In this document: in pieces, positions 38,131-48,414 of the stretch
Numbering within the stretch: the first letter of the stretch is position 1
Layout: every line of letters begins with the position of its first letter
DNA from: an uncultured Planctomycetota bacterium
GTDB lineage: Bacteria > Planctomycetota > Planctomycetia > Isosphaerales > Isosphaeraceae
DNA length: 64,000 bases
NCBI GenBank assembly: GCA_963823665.1
Contig: CAWGMQ010000005.1
Coordinates: 1,824,001-1,888,000, forward strand
Reading direction: 5' to 3'
Position numbers and translations under genes: made by a program
Notes under the pieces: generated by a model
Database searches by the model: none
Seen by the model: the letters and a program-made list of their open reading frames with translations, nothing else
Told to the model about the DNA's origin: nothing

Positions 38131-40679
38131 GTGATCGGGATCGGCACGACGCTCAACGACAGGTTTCTCCTGGAAAAGGAGCTGGGGCGCGGCGGCATGG
38201 GAGCGGTCTATTCCGCGAAGGACCAGCTCCTCGAGCGTAAAGTCGCGATCAAGGTGCTCAAGGAGCAGAGCGGCGAGGAGGTCGGCAAGAAGCTACGGCT
38301 CGAGGCGCAGATTGCGGCCAGGCTGCTTCACGAAAACGTGGTTCGAATCTACGATTTCGGCCAGGCGGCTGGGATCTATTTCCTGGTGATGGAAGAGGTG
38401 AACGGCACCAGCTACTCGAAGCGGTGGCGACAGCTTCCGCCCGCCGAGCGGCTTTTCGTGCTGGCGCTCGTGGCCGATGCGCTTGATTATGCCCACCATC
38501 AAGGAGTGGTTCATCGCGACATCAAGCCGGCCAACGTGCTGATGACATCGGCCGACTCGCCCAAGCTCTCGGACTTCGGGCTTTCGATGCTTGCCTTTTC
38601 CGATGAAGGCGAGAAATCAGGCGTCATCCGAGGCACTCCGCACTACATGAGCCCGGAGCAAACGCGGGGCAGCCGGTTGGATTTTCGTACCGACCTGTAC
38701 TCGCTCGGGGTGATGATCTACGAATCGGCAACCGGCGGTGTGCCGTTTGCCGGGCCTTCCGTCGCGATCATGTCACAGCATTATTCGGTGGCGCCGGACC
38801 GGCCGCAGTCGCGCAATCCGCTCGTCTCGAACGAGCTCGAAGCGCTCATCCTGTCGCTCCTCGCCAAGGCACCCGCGGACCGGCCTTCTTCCGGGGGTGC
38901 TGTCGCGCAGGCGCTGCGAGAGGAAGGGGAGCGAGTCAAGGAAGGCGCGGCGGCGGCGCCATCAGGCCGTGTGAGCGCCGCGGGAACCGTGAGCGTGACA
39001 GCTCCGTCACTGACGGCGCCCATGCCCGCCTCGAGCGCCCCGGCTGCCAACGGAGCGGGCGCGGGGGCGCCTTCGGTTCCAACGGTTGAACGGAGCCGGG
39101 CCATTCGCGCCGGGGATTCGATCAAGACTGATGCGGCCCCCCCTGCTCCTTCGATTGCGGCCCACCGTGCTGCCGTCGCCACGGTTGCGGGAACCGGCGG
39201 GATGCTCGCCCTGGTTCGATCGCCTCTGGTTCGCCGAATGCTCGAGCTCGTCCTGGCGGAACCGATTCTGGTCACTCCGGAAGAGCGCTACCTGCACGGC
39301 CACTATCTTGCCTACCTCCTGAGCGGATCGCGGAGGCGCGGTCTCTTTCTTCGCCGGCCGATGGAGCCCCGCAACGCCGACCGTGCGCGGTTGCTGCTGG
39401 GGGTCACTTACGCCATCATGGCCGATGCGACCGACGAAGCCATCGAAGAAGCAGCCGCGCTCCTTGATGAACGCGTCGAAGTGCGGACGTATCTATCGCC
39501 AATCGTGATGTCCAAATACCTTTTCTGCCGTTCGAGCCCAGCCCGGCGCAAGCTGTTTCGCCAGACGCGCAAGGCCATCGGCGACCAGAGCGCCTATGCC
39601 CAGAAGAAGATGCTCGACCCGCAGGGGGTTCTCAACCCCGGTTTGATGCCGCAGAAGCTGTCGGACCTGAACCTGCTCGCACCGGCCCGGATGGAGGTTG
39701 ACGACATTCTGGTCGAGCGCTGGAACCGGGTGGCCGAGGTGTGGCGAGAGCAGCCGGATTTCCGCACTGCGGTGCTTCGGTACGCGACGGCGAGCGCTTA
39801 CCGCGACCCGGCCAGCACGGGGTTGTGGCCCGAAATCGTCTACCCCTTGATCGAACGGGCTCGGTGGCACCGCCGGATTCGCGGGCGCACCGAAGCGATC
39901 TGGGATTACATCAGCGGCAAGATCCTTCACGTTGCGGATGCCGGCGTCAAGCTCGACCAGGCAATCGACCGGGTCGTCCCCGCGCCCTTGGTCGCCGAGC
40001 TCGACGAATCGCTCGAGCTCATGGTCGAGGACCAGCGGCTCGACGACGACGAAGCCGACCCGTTCGCGGCGGCGGCCGCACCGGATGAGACCGATCGCCT
40101 GACAGCCTCGCTCACCACCAGCCGGGTGAGCCTGGTGGAGCTTGCGAGCGAGCCGGCCCAGTCAGACAAGTCAAAGAACCTGATGCGGCTGGTCGACCCC
40201 GATCCACTCCGGTTCGTCCAGAGTCAGCTCCACGATCTGTGGAAGGAAGCGCTTCAAGCTCTTCAGAGCCAGGGCCATGCGCGCCGGGTGCCAAGCCCGC
40301 CAGCCACCGGCCCGTGCCGATCGGCCCTTTTCGAGTGATCGTCATCCCGTCAATCCGCGGGCGGGCCGCCGGCCAGATCGCCATCCAGGGCATGGCCAAC
40401 AAGCAAATCGAGGTCACCACGCCCACCCTGCGTACCCGAGGATCTCCGTCCAAGGCCCTTCTGGCGATCTGGCTCTACCGCGACAACAGCCTCGTCATCG
40501 CCCACCTCGATTTCATGAACTCCGAGCATTACGTCCTGTGGCATGCCCCAAAAAGCCACCAGCTTAACTTTGATGATGCGGGTGAGCTCAACCACGAGCT
40601 CTTCAGTCTCGGCATGGAAGTTCCTGATCAGATCGACAAAGTACTCTCCCGCTCGTTCAAGCCTCAGAACCCTGTCTGA
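38131..40679 (+). CDS. Ser/Thr protein kinase with long unrecognised C-terminal region; frameshift near 40281
   Basis: LGRGGMGAV, VAIK, HRDIKPAN, DFG, GTPHYMSPEQ; protein-like sequence continues in the 40239..40679 frame. Confidence 0.9.
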
Positions 40680-40937
40680 CCGCGGGCCTGATTGCCCAAG
40701 CTTCCCAGTTTTTCTTTGTGCGTGCTCTGCGCGGTTGCTGGAGCGGCTTTGCGGTTCTCGAAAACTCTGATCTTGGCTAGGATTTGCGCGATCGATCAAT
40801 GCACCGAGCCTCGTGGGCGCGTCGACCGATGGCATGGAAGGCCACGGTGTGCGCGGGAAGTCTGTCGCCCCCGGAAGACAGGTGTCCTTACTCCGAAACC
40901 GTCCGGGCTCGGCCCGGAGCGGATTGAGACGGTGGAA

Positions 40938-42671
40938 ATGAATGATGCAAATGGATTTGCAGATCGGAAGCCAGCTTCGAACGATGGGGCTTTCTCGCCA
41001 GGCCGGCCGACTTACCGCCACGACGGCGCGGTTTTAAAGGGCAATGCAGTAGCCGGAGAAGTGGCCGTGGGCCCGGATGGGCGCCGGACGGGCTGGGCAC
41101 GGATCGAGCGCGGCTGGTGGCTGGTGCTTGGCATCACGATGCTGGTCTTCTCGGCGTTTCCGATTGCCAACCTGGTGCTGGGTTTCTCCACCAAGGACTA
41201 TGGCCTGTGGTATCAGGTGGGCCTGGCTATTCGCCAAGGGCTTGATATCTATCCTCGGCCCGAAAGCCATCGTCTTTTTCCGTTCATGTACCCCCCGTCC
41301 GCTGCGGCGATGCTCGCCTGGCTGAGCGTGCTGGGGCGTACTGGGTCGCTGCTGGCGCTCGTCGTCGTGAATTCGGCTTCGTGGCTGGCTTCCATTTTGC
41401 TCTCCGTCTACCTGGCGGTGAAACCCGGGGCCGGGCGACACCCCTTGGTTTTGATCGTTCCGTCACTTTGCATCATCGTTCTGGTGCACAACATCTATCT
41501 GCTCGGTCAGCCGAATCTTCTGCTGCTGGCGCTTCTCCTGGGGGCATTCGTCTGTTTGCAGCACGGGCGCTCCGTGTCGGCCGGTGTGCTCGTGGCCACG
41601 GCGGCGGCGATCAAGGCTTTTCCGATCATGGCGCTGGGCTATCTTATTTATCGACGGATGTGGGCTGCGTCTGCCGCAACTGTGGTGGCGCTCTGCGCGT
41701 GGCTCTTCATCGCGCCCCTTTCGTTTCGAACACCCGCGCAGGTGGTCGACGATGTGGTTGTCTGGTCGAAGGGAATGCTCTTCACGTATGACTCACATGG
41801 AATCGCGCAGCGGCCGTTCCGATCGTACAGCTACAAGAACCAGTCGATCATGGCGCTCGCCCACCGATTGCTTCGCGCCGTGCCGGCCGATGGCGAAGCC
41901 GTTCTGTCACGACGCGAGAAAGAAGGCCAAGCCGACTTGCGACCGACCAAGGGAATTGCCGGGGTCGACCCTTCCACCGACCTCCTCGCTTTTCTGAAGG
42001 CACACGCAGAGAACTCGCCCGACCAGGCAGGCGCGAAGACCGCTTCCTCAGCCGATCTGGGGGCGGGGGTTACCGGCCTGGCAACCGCAAGGGGCGGTAG
42101 TTCGGAGCGTGGCCTTCGCTGGGAAGAGACTGTGCAGGCGGCCGAACCGGCCCTTCGCAATGCGTGGAAGGTCAATTTTCTCGACTTGAACTTTCGGGGC
42201 GTGACCGCGGTCACGCTGGCGGTGATGCTGGGTTTATGCGGGTTTGTGCTCGCAGTGCTCCCGCGGCAGCGGCAGCGTACCCGCGAGACCGACGCGATTG
42301 AATATGCGATCGTCATCCTGCTTACCGTGATGTTCTCTCCGCTCTCGTTCAACTATGCTTACGTTTGGTTGATTTACCCGATGACGCTGGGTCTGCACCT
42401 GGTGATGAGCGAGCCGCCGGGTGCTCGTGGTCATCGCATCCGGGTCGGCTGGATCGCCGCGGTATTCCTGATACCGGCGCTCGCGCTGCCGATGCCCGTT
42501 CTGGCACAAGCCTACGGCAATCTGTTCGTGCCCGCGCTCTTGCTCCTGCTGGGATTGGGTGTGATGCTTCGTGCAGCATGCCGGAACCCTCAGGAACAAA
42601 AGACCATGGTGGATCCGGCGCATGTTCCGCATGGCGACCACCATTCCCGGCCGATCGAGGCGGTCATCTGA
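40938..42671 (+). CDS. Glycosyltransferase family 87 (DUF2029) membrane protein
   Basis: KDY.LWY, FPFMYPP, LGQPN, AAIKAFP, NQS; many TM segments. Confidence 0.85.
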   Translation: MNDANGFADRKPASNDGAFSPGRPTYRHDGAVLKGNAVAGEVAVGPDGRRTGWARIERGWWLVLGITMLVFSAFPIANLVLGFSTKDYGLWYQVGLAIRQGLDIYPRPESHRLFPFMYPPSAAAMLAWLSVLGRTGSLLALVVVNSASWLASILLSVYLAVKPGAGRHPLVLIVPSLCIIVLVHNIYLLGQPNLLLLALLLGAFVCLQHGRSVSAGVLVATAAAIKAFPIMALGYLIYRRMWAASAATVVALCAWLFIAPLSFRTPAQVVDDVVVWSKGMLFTYDSHGIAQRPFRSYSYKNQSIMALAHRLLRAVPADGEAVLSRREKEGQADLRPTKGIAGVDPSTDLLAFLKAHAENSPDQAGAKTASSADLGAGVTGLATARGGSSERGLRWEETVQAAEPALRNAWKVNFLDLNFRGVTAVTLAVMLGLCGFVLAVLPRQRQRTRETDAIEYAIVILLTVMFSPLSFNYAYVWLIYPMTLGLHLVMSEPPGARGHRIRVGWIAAVFLIPALALPMPVLAQAYGNLFVPALLLLLGLGVMLRAACRNPQEQKTMVDPAHVPHGDHHSRPIEAVI

Positions 42672-42994
42672 CCGCCAAGCGTTGCAAGCGATCGTGCGGC
42701 GAAGAGGCCACTCTGGGATTGCCTTTTTTCAGGCTTTGGCCAAGAATGCCGCCATCATTTGAATGAGGCATCCAGCGCGAAGGAACGCGGCGGATGGACA
42801 GGAAGCGGATTGCGGTCGCGATTCGACCACGGGTTGAGTCGCGGCTGATCGCGAGGACCGGAAGCGGCGCCCACCTTTGAAGGCCGCTTCCGGAGCCGAA
42901 CGAGGCAGAGCGCGAGGCCGATTGGGTTCCCCCGATCGACTCGCCCTGCGAGCAACCGCAAGCGAGAAAGGTCCAGGCAAGGAGGCGAAAGCCG

Positions 42995-44623
42995 ATGGTG
43001 CGCTGGTTCGCTGACCGTCTGCATGAACGGGGTATTCCCTCGGTGAGTCTGCGGCGATTGCTCCCGGGGGCTCATTTCGTGGGAGGCACGGACTGGGAAG
43101 TCTCGGGCTGCTGCGACGATCATCGGCGGCTGGACCCCGGGCAGTTGTTCGTTGCCGTTCCGGAGGCAAAGCCCGGATATGACGGCCATCGCCATATAAG
43201 CGAGGCGCTCGATCGGGGCGCGGCCGGTGTCGTGGTGGAACGCCTTTGCCCGGAGGCCGGGCGGCTTCAGGTGGTCGTTGCCGATGCGCGTGCTGCCCAC
43301 GCGCGGATTTGCCAGGCCCTTTCCGGCGACCCATCGAAGCAACTGGCGACGCTGGGAATCACCGGGAGCCAGGGCAAGACGATCACCGCGCTCATGATCC
43401 GTTCGATTCTCGAGGTTGCCGGCGATCAGTTCGGGCTCATCGGTCCATCCGAGTTCAGCAACGGGGCCAGGTCGCGCATGCTGGGGGCGGGGTTCAAGCA
43501 CGCGAGGGCGAGGGCTGATCTAGCCGGTGCACGCACGCGCCGGCCTCTTGCCGGCCGTGCTCACTTGCCAGACGGGGGCGCATTCGGAGCTGCGCGGCTG
43601 GCTGACCTGCTCGCGGAGATGGTCGATCGCGGGTGCAAGGGAGCAGTCGTCGAAATCTCGGGCGCCGCACTCGAAGATCGCAGCTTTGAAGGAATGGCGT
43701 TCGACGCGGCCGTCGTGACAAATATCGCCGGAGTGGGTGGATCTTCGCCCGAGACACTGATCTCGCTGCGCAGGGCCAAAGCCAAGCTGTTCCGCCAACT
43801 GGTTTCCGGCGGGCTGGCAGTCGTGAACGCCGATGACCGAAATGCAGAAATGCTGGGTGGAGTGAACCTCGAGGCACGCCGGGTTGCCTTTGCGCTTCAA
43901 CCGGTTGCCAGCTCGGGCGCGATGGTCGACATCTCGGCCCGGCTCGAATCACTGGATGGCTCGGGAACGCGGATGCTGCTCCACGGGTTCGACCGCGAGA
44001 TTGGCATACATGTACCCTTGGTGGGCGTGGGGGCGGCAAAATGCGCACTCGCCGCGGCTGCACTGGCGTGGGGCCTTGGCATCGAGGGGTCTGCGGTCGT
44101 CGCGGGTCTTGAGTCCATCCCGCCGGCGCCCGGATATCTCGAGGCTATTCTCGAGGGTCAGAGCTTCGATGTGCGGATCGACGAGGCCCGGACCCCCGGC
44201 GCGCTGGGTGAAGCGCTTGCCGCTCTCCGTTCCATCTCCTCCGGTCGTATTCATTGCGTGGTGAGCGGTGACGGTTGTGTTGAAGAGACCGTGCGGCGTG
44301 AGCTTGCGGCCGCCGCAGAGCTGAGCGCTGACCGCGTGATCCTGACGCTTGGCAACCCACGCACGGAAGACCCCGGCCAGATCCTGAATGAACTGCTGGC
44401 TGGATTCCAGAAGCCGGGGCGGGTTCTCGCCGTGCCTGACCGCCGCGCCGCGATTGAAACAGCGCTCGCCGACGCTCGCTGTGGCGACGCTGTACTCATC
44501 GCCGGTAAGGGCCGCCATTCCTTCCAGATTTTTGCGGATCGAGTCATCCCGTTTGACGACAATGCAGTTGCGGCACAGTGGCTGCGCAATCACCGTGTCT
44601 CGCCAATCAATCGGTCGGCGTGA
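42995..44623 (+). CDS. MurE-like Mur ligase paralogue with degenerate motifs
   Basis: PGQLFVAV..DGH, GITGSQGKT, VVNADD, GNPRTEDP, DRRAAI, IAGKG. Confidence 0.85.
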   Translation: MVRWFADRLHERGIPSVSLRRLLPGAHFVGGTDWEVSGCCDDHRRLDPGQLFVAVPEAKPGYDGHRHISEALDRGAAGVVVERLCPEAGRLQVVVADARAAHARICQALSGDPSKQLATLGITGSQGKTITALMIRSILEVAGDQFGLIGPSEFSNGARSRMLGAGFKHARARADLAGARTRRPLAGRAHLPDGGAFGAARLADLLAEMVDRGCKGAVVEISGAALEDRSFEGMAFDAAVVTNIAGVGGSSPETLISLRRAKAKLFRQLVSGGLAVVNADDRNAEMLGGVNLEARRVAFALQPVASSGAMVDISARLESLDGSGTRMLLHGFDREIGIHVPLVGVGAAKCALAAAALAWGLGIEGSAVVAGLESIPPAPGYLEAILEGQSFDVRIDEARTPGALGEALAALRSISSGRIHCVVSGDGCVEETVRRELAAAAELSADRVILTLGNPRTEDPGQILNELLAGFQKPGRVLAVPDRRAAIETALADARCGDAVLIAGKGRHSFQIFADRVIPFDDNAVAAQWLRNHRVSPINRSA

Positions 44624-44876
44624 ATTTCCGAAATTGAATTCGAAGCGTTGTCCTCGCCGCGGCAATGCTTTGCGGTCGAAGATCAACTTCATTTGCGATG
44701 ATCGAGCGAACATTTCCCAGCCCTGATGCGTCTGAACACTAGGTGCGATGCGATCGAGCGGCGTCAGCCGGAATGTCACCGCAAGAAAGATCGTGCCAAA
44801 ACGAAGAACAAGATAAGAACACCAGAACTGAACTAGACTCGATGTAGTGGGAAGCGAAACCCGGCAGGAACAAGCG

Positions 44877-45254
44877 ATGTTATTGCAAGAAACACAGTCG
44901 ACGCATCAAAAGCTCCGCCGGCGTGAGCCTGCCGGCGTGGAGCATGACCCAGCCGCCTCGAGCGCGATGCTCCGTGAGCTGGCTGTGCGCGCTCACCGCC
45001 TGGTCCGGGAGATGGACGACGCACGATCGCGGCCGGTGTCTGTGATCGATCAAGGAACGCTCTTCAACCTGGAACAGGAACTGATCGAGCTGCGTTCCGA
45101 GATCATTCAGCTCGAGCGGAGACTGCAAGCGCAGAGCCTCGGTGGTCTAGCCGCGTATGTCGTGGCCTTGCGGCAAAGAGTGGAGGATAGTTTGACCTGC
45201 GCTCGCGGGCAGCGCAAGCCCGGGCGAGCTTTGATTCAGGCGATCGAGGACTGA
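44877..45254 (+). CDS. Hypothetical coiled-coil protein
   Basis: Heptad-like LEQELIELRSEIIQLERRL. Confidence 0.55.
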   Translation: MLLQETQSTHQKLRRREPAGVEHDPAASSAMLRELAVRAHRLVREMDDARSRPVSVIDQGTLFNLEQELIELRSEIIQLERRLQAQSLGGLAAYVVALRQRVEDSLTCARGQRKPGRALIQAIED

Positions 45255-45372
45255 AGACGCCGGAGCGGGAACTCGACTTCCGCATTCATTCACGAACAAC
45301 CGAACTGACGCGACATCGCGTTGTCCGGCACGCCCCGATGCGATAAGCTGAACGCGGGGAGGTGCTGAATTG

Positions 45373-46389
45373 ATGCGGAAAACACGCCTGGTTGGGACTG
45401 CCGGGATCAAGCAAGCAAGCGCCGGCGCGTTGGGTCTGATCTTCCTTGCCGCCGGGCTCTGGACCGCGGCATTTCTGGCTGTGGTGCCCGCTCACGCGCA
45501 GGAACGAGGGTCTGGTGCGAAGTCTACGACCGCGGGCCGCGGTATTGATTCCGGACCGGGCGCTGGCGGCGGTGACGATATCACGATCGATCCCGGCGAC
45601 GACGGCAAGGATGGCTCGGCTCGGGGCCGCGGTTCCGAGTCGCTCTTGAGTGCGATCGCGAATGCTCCCGTTCCGGTGATCGTGGTGACGATTATCATCG
45701 TCGCAATGTCGTTCTACTTGTTCGCGCTGGTGGTCTGGATGGCCCTCAACTACCGCAGTTCGACTGCAATTCCACCCGACCTGGTGCGTGACGTTCAGGA
45801 TTTTCTCGATCAGGCAAAATATAACGAAGCATATCATCGGCTCGTGCCGGATTCTTCGTTCCTGGCGCGGGTGCTGGCGGCCGGGGTTCGCAAGCTGCCG
45901 GCGGGTCTTTCTCAGGCGCAGCGAGCCTGTGAGCTGGCCAACGAAAGCGCAACCATGGAAATGGAGCATCGCACAACCTATCTGGCCACGGTGGGGACAC
46001 TGGGACCGATGATCGGGCTGGTTGGCACGGTCTACGGCATGATCATGGCTTTCGGAGTGATTGCCGTCGAGGGCTCATCGCCGCAGGCGAACCTGCTTGC
46101 GAGGGGAATTTCGACGGCACTTTACGCGACACTCGAGGGCATTGCGATCTCGATTCCCGCCATCTTCTTCTACGCGCTCTTCCGCAACCGGATCGCGCGG
46201 CTGTCGCTGGAAGTGGGAATGACAGTCGAGCCGCTGCTCGAGCAATTCGCTCCCGGAGTCAGAACCGTGACGCAAAGCCCCGGTACAAATCAAGCACCAG
46301 CGGCGGCCCATCCTCATCCCTTTGCCGTCAATGCCGCGCTGGCAGCCGCCACGACAGCCGCGCGGCCCGCGTTACCCTCCGCGGAATGA
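45373..46389 (+). CDS. MotA/TolQ/ExbB proton-channel protein
   Basis: LATVGTLGPMIGLVGTVYGMI.AF...GISTALYATLEG. Confidence 0.93.
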   Translation: MRKTRLVGTAGIKQASAGALGLIFLAAGLWTAAFLAVVPAHAQERGSGAKSTTAGRGIDSGPGAGGGDDITIDPGDDGKDGSARGRGSESLLSAIANAPVPVIVVTIIIVAMSFYLFALVVWMALNYRSSTAIPPDLVRDVQDFLDQAKYNEAYHRLVPDSSFLARVLAAGVRKLPAGLSQAQRACELANESATMEMEHRTTYLATVGTLGPMIGLVGTVYGMIMAFGVIAVEGSSPQANLLARGISTALYATLEGIAISIPAIFFYALFRNRIARLSLEVGMTVEPLLEQFAPGVRTVTQSPGTNQAPAAAHPHPFAVNAALAAATTAARPALPSAE

Positions 46390-46418
46390 AATGCAGATGA
46401 ACGTGCTTCCGCGCCAAG

Positions 46419-46450
46419 CAACTGACAACTGACACCTGACAACTGACAAC
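46419..46450. repeat. (CAACTGA)n heptamer tandem repeat, about 4.5 units
   Basis: caactga-caactga-cacctga-caactga-caac. Confidence 0.85.
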
Positions 46451-46455
46451 AACGC

Positions 46456-46932
46456 ATGCCCCGTCACACCAAGGTTTCGAGCTCAAACGTTCTGAACCCG
46501 AACTTGACCGCGCTTCTGGACGTGGTGCTTCAGCTCATCACGTTCTTCATGATGCTGCTCCATTTCGGCACGCGGCTCGAGGGAGCGACCAAGGCGGTGC
46601 GTCTGCCGCTTGCTCCGGCTGCGCTGCCGGGAACGGAACTCACGTTTGATCGCCTGGCCGTGGCGATGAATGCTCAGGGCCAGCTCATGGTGAAAGGAAA
46701 ATCGCTGGACGAGGAAGCGGCTAATGCATTCTGGGCGGGTGAGGCCAGGGTTCGTCGTGCGGGGATCGAGATATTGGGTGAAGGTGCAACCACCCTGGAA
46801 AACTTACCGACCGTTGTCATCCTTCGCGCCGATCGAAGTGCGTCGTATGGTGCGGTGAGGCGCGCGCTCGCCGCAGCGCAGGACAAGGGATTTGCCCATT
46901 TCAGCCTGGTTGTGCTGCGGAGCCGGCAATGA
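46456..46932 (+). CDS. ExbD/TolR family protein
   Basis: NLTALLDVVLQLITFFM; LRADRSASYG.V. Confidence 0.92.
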   Translation: MPRHTKVSSSNVLNPNLTALLDVVLQLITFFMMLLHFGTRLEGATKAVRLPLAPAALPGTELTFDRLAVAMNAQGQLMVKGKSLDEEAANAFWAGEARVRRAGIEILGEGATTLENLPTVVILRADRSASYGAVRRALAAAQDKGFAHFSLVVLRSRQ

Positions 46933-47579
46933 GCATTGGATCGGGAATCAAAGTTGGCCCGAGCCTGCCCGGAGCCGAACCTCGGCCTATGCCGGTCGGC
47001 GGCGAAGCCAGAACGCGGGCGCGAAGCTATCGCCCCGGGCCGCCTGATGAAGTCGCCTTTCCCGTGACGCCGATGCTCGACATGGCCTTTCAACTCCTCG
47101 CTTTCTTTATCATTACTTTCAAGCCGCCGACGACGGAAACTCACCTCGACCTCGATCTACCGGCCACACCGGTTGCGCTGCCATCCGCATCACGTGGAGG
47201 CATTCCGCCCATACCCGCTCGAAACGTTGACACGGACCTGGAAAACGACCTCCTGGTCCGCGCACTCGCCGACGACCTGGGTGACTTGAAAGCCTTGAAG
47301 CTCGGCGAAGCAAACGTGAGCGACCTGACCACTCTCGGCAAACGTCTGCGCCAGTATACGGAGCTACTGGAGGGCAAGCCGCTGCGCGTGCGACTGGTCG
47401 CCGACGATAACCTGCGCTATGAACCGGCCGCACGGATCATTGCTACCTGCTCATCCGCCGGTGTGGCCGCGATCCGATTGAGCCCACCGGGGGCGATTCC
47501 AGTTTTACCCGGAGGGGGCGAACGCCCCGCGGGGATCGGCAAAGCGGCTTCCAGAAAAGAACCAGGTAGCGGTCCATGA
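46929..47579 (+). CDS. ExbD/TolR family protein
   Basis: VTPMLDMAFQLLAFFI; AD.NLRY. Confidence 0.9.
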   Translation: MSIGSGIKVGPSLPGAEPRPMPVGGEARTRARSYRPGPPDEVAFPVTPMLDMAFQLLAFFIITFKPPTTETHLDLDLPATPVALPSASRGGIPPIPARNVDTDLENDLLVRALADDLGDLKALKLGEANVSDLTTLGKRLRQYTELLEGKPLRVRLVADDNLRYEPAARIIATCSSAGVAAIRLSPPGAIPVLPGGGERPAGIGKAASRKEPGSGP

Positions 47580-48397
47580 AACACCGCATGCGCTGGGTGG
47601 TGATCGCGCTCGTATCAATGATTCTGGCGGCCGAGGGCCGGGCGTTCTGCAGCGACGATGATCCAGAGACATCCCATCAGCTTTCACTGACTGATCTGGC
47701 GGGATACGCCGCAGCTCTCTCGGGTAAGCCGACCGCCGAAGCGGCCAGGGAGACTGATCCGCCTTTTCGTGTGAAGTTCAAAGACCTGTGGAATCGTCCG
47801 GACCGGTTTCGAGGCCGGCGGGTTACGGTGGAGGGCCGGGTGATGCGGATTTTCCGGCAAGGCCCGCTCGGCAGCTTTCCTGCGCTCGCGGAAGCCTGGA
47901 TCACCTCGCCGGCCGGGGACCCGTTCTGCGTGGTCTTCCCTCAGGACGGCTCAAACGGGCAAAAGGAAGCAGTCCCCGGCGATCCAGCGTCCGTGCGAGC
48001 AGAAGAGGAGAAGGGCGCACAGAACAACGGTGGAATGCCAGCCCAGGGCCGGGTGGTGCACTTCACGGGGACGTTCTTGAAAATGGTGCGATACACCGGA
48101 GCCGACACAAACCGGCTGGCACCGCTCATCGTTGGCGACGCGCGACCAGTGCCGATTCCGACCGAGCGGATCGAGAGAAACAAGGACAGTGCTCTCCCTC
48201 GCGCCACGGACGACGGCGACGCGGCCATCAAGCTCACTTACTGGGCTCTTGGCCTTGCCGCGGCGGGCCTGGTGGCAGTGGGTCTCGCTCGATGGCATTT
48301 GCGCGGGCCGATCTTGCCTTCCCGGCGCCACATGAAATCGGCTGATCTGGGCCCGGACCCGCCGCTGGAGTTCATCGAGCCGCCGAATGAGCCGTGA
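47576..48397 (+). CDS. Hypothetical exported protein with possible OB-fold and C-terminal TM
   Basis: ATGA overlap with exbD; P.RFRGRRVTVEG; GTFLK..RY; APLIVG. Confidence 0.75.
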   Translation: MKHRMRWVVIALVSMILAAEGRAFCSDDDPETSHQLSLTDLAGYAAALSGKPTAEAARETDPPFRVKFKDLWNRPDRFRGRRVTVEGRVMRIFRQGPLGSFPALAEAWITSPAGDPFCVVFPQDGSNGQKEAVPGDPASVRAEEEKGAQNNGGMPAQGRVVHFTGTFLKMVRYTGADTNRLAPLIVGDARPVPIPTERIERNKDSALPRATDDGDAAIKLTYWALGLAAAGLVAVGLARWHLRGPILPSRRHMKSADLGPDPPLEFIEPPNEP

Positions 48398-48414
48398 ACT
48401 CCGGTATTCCGCCA

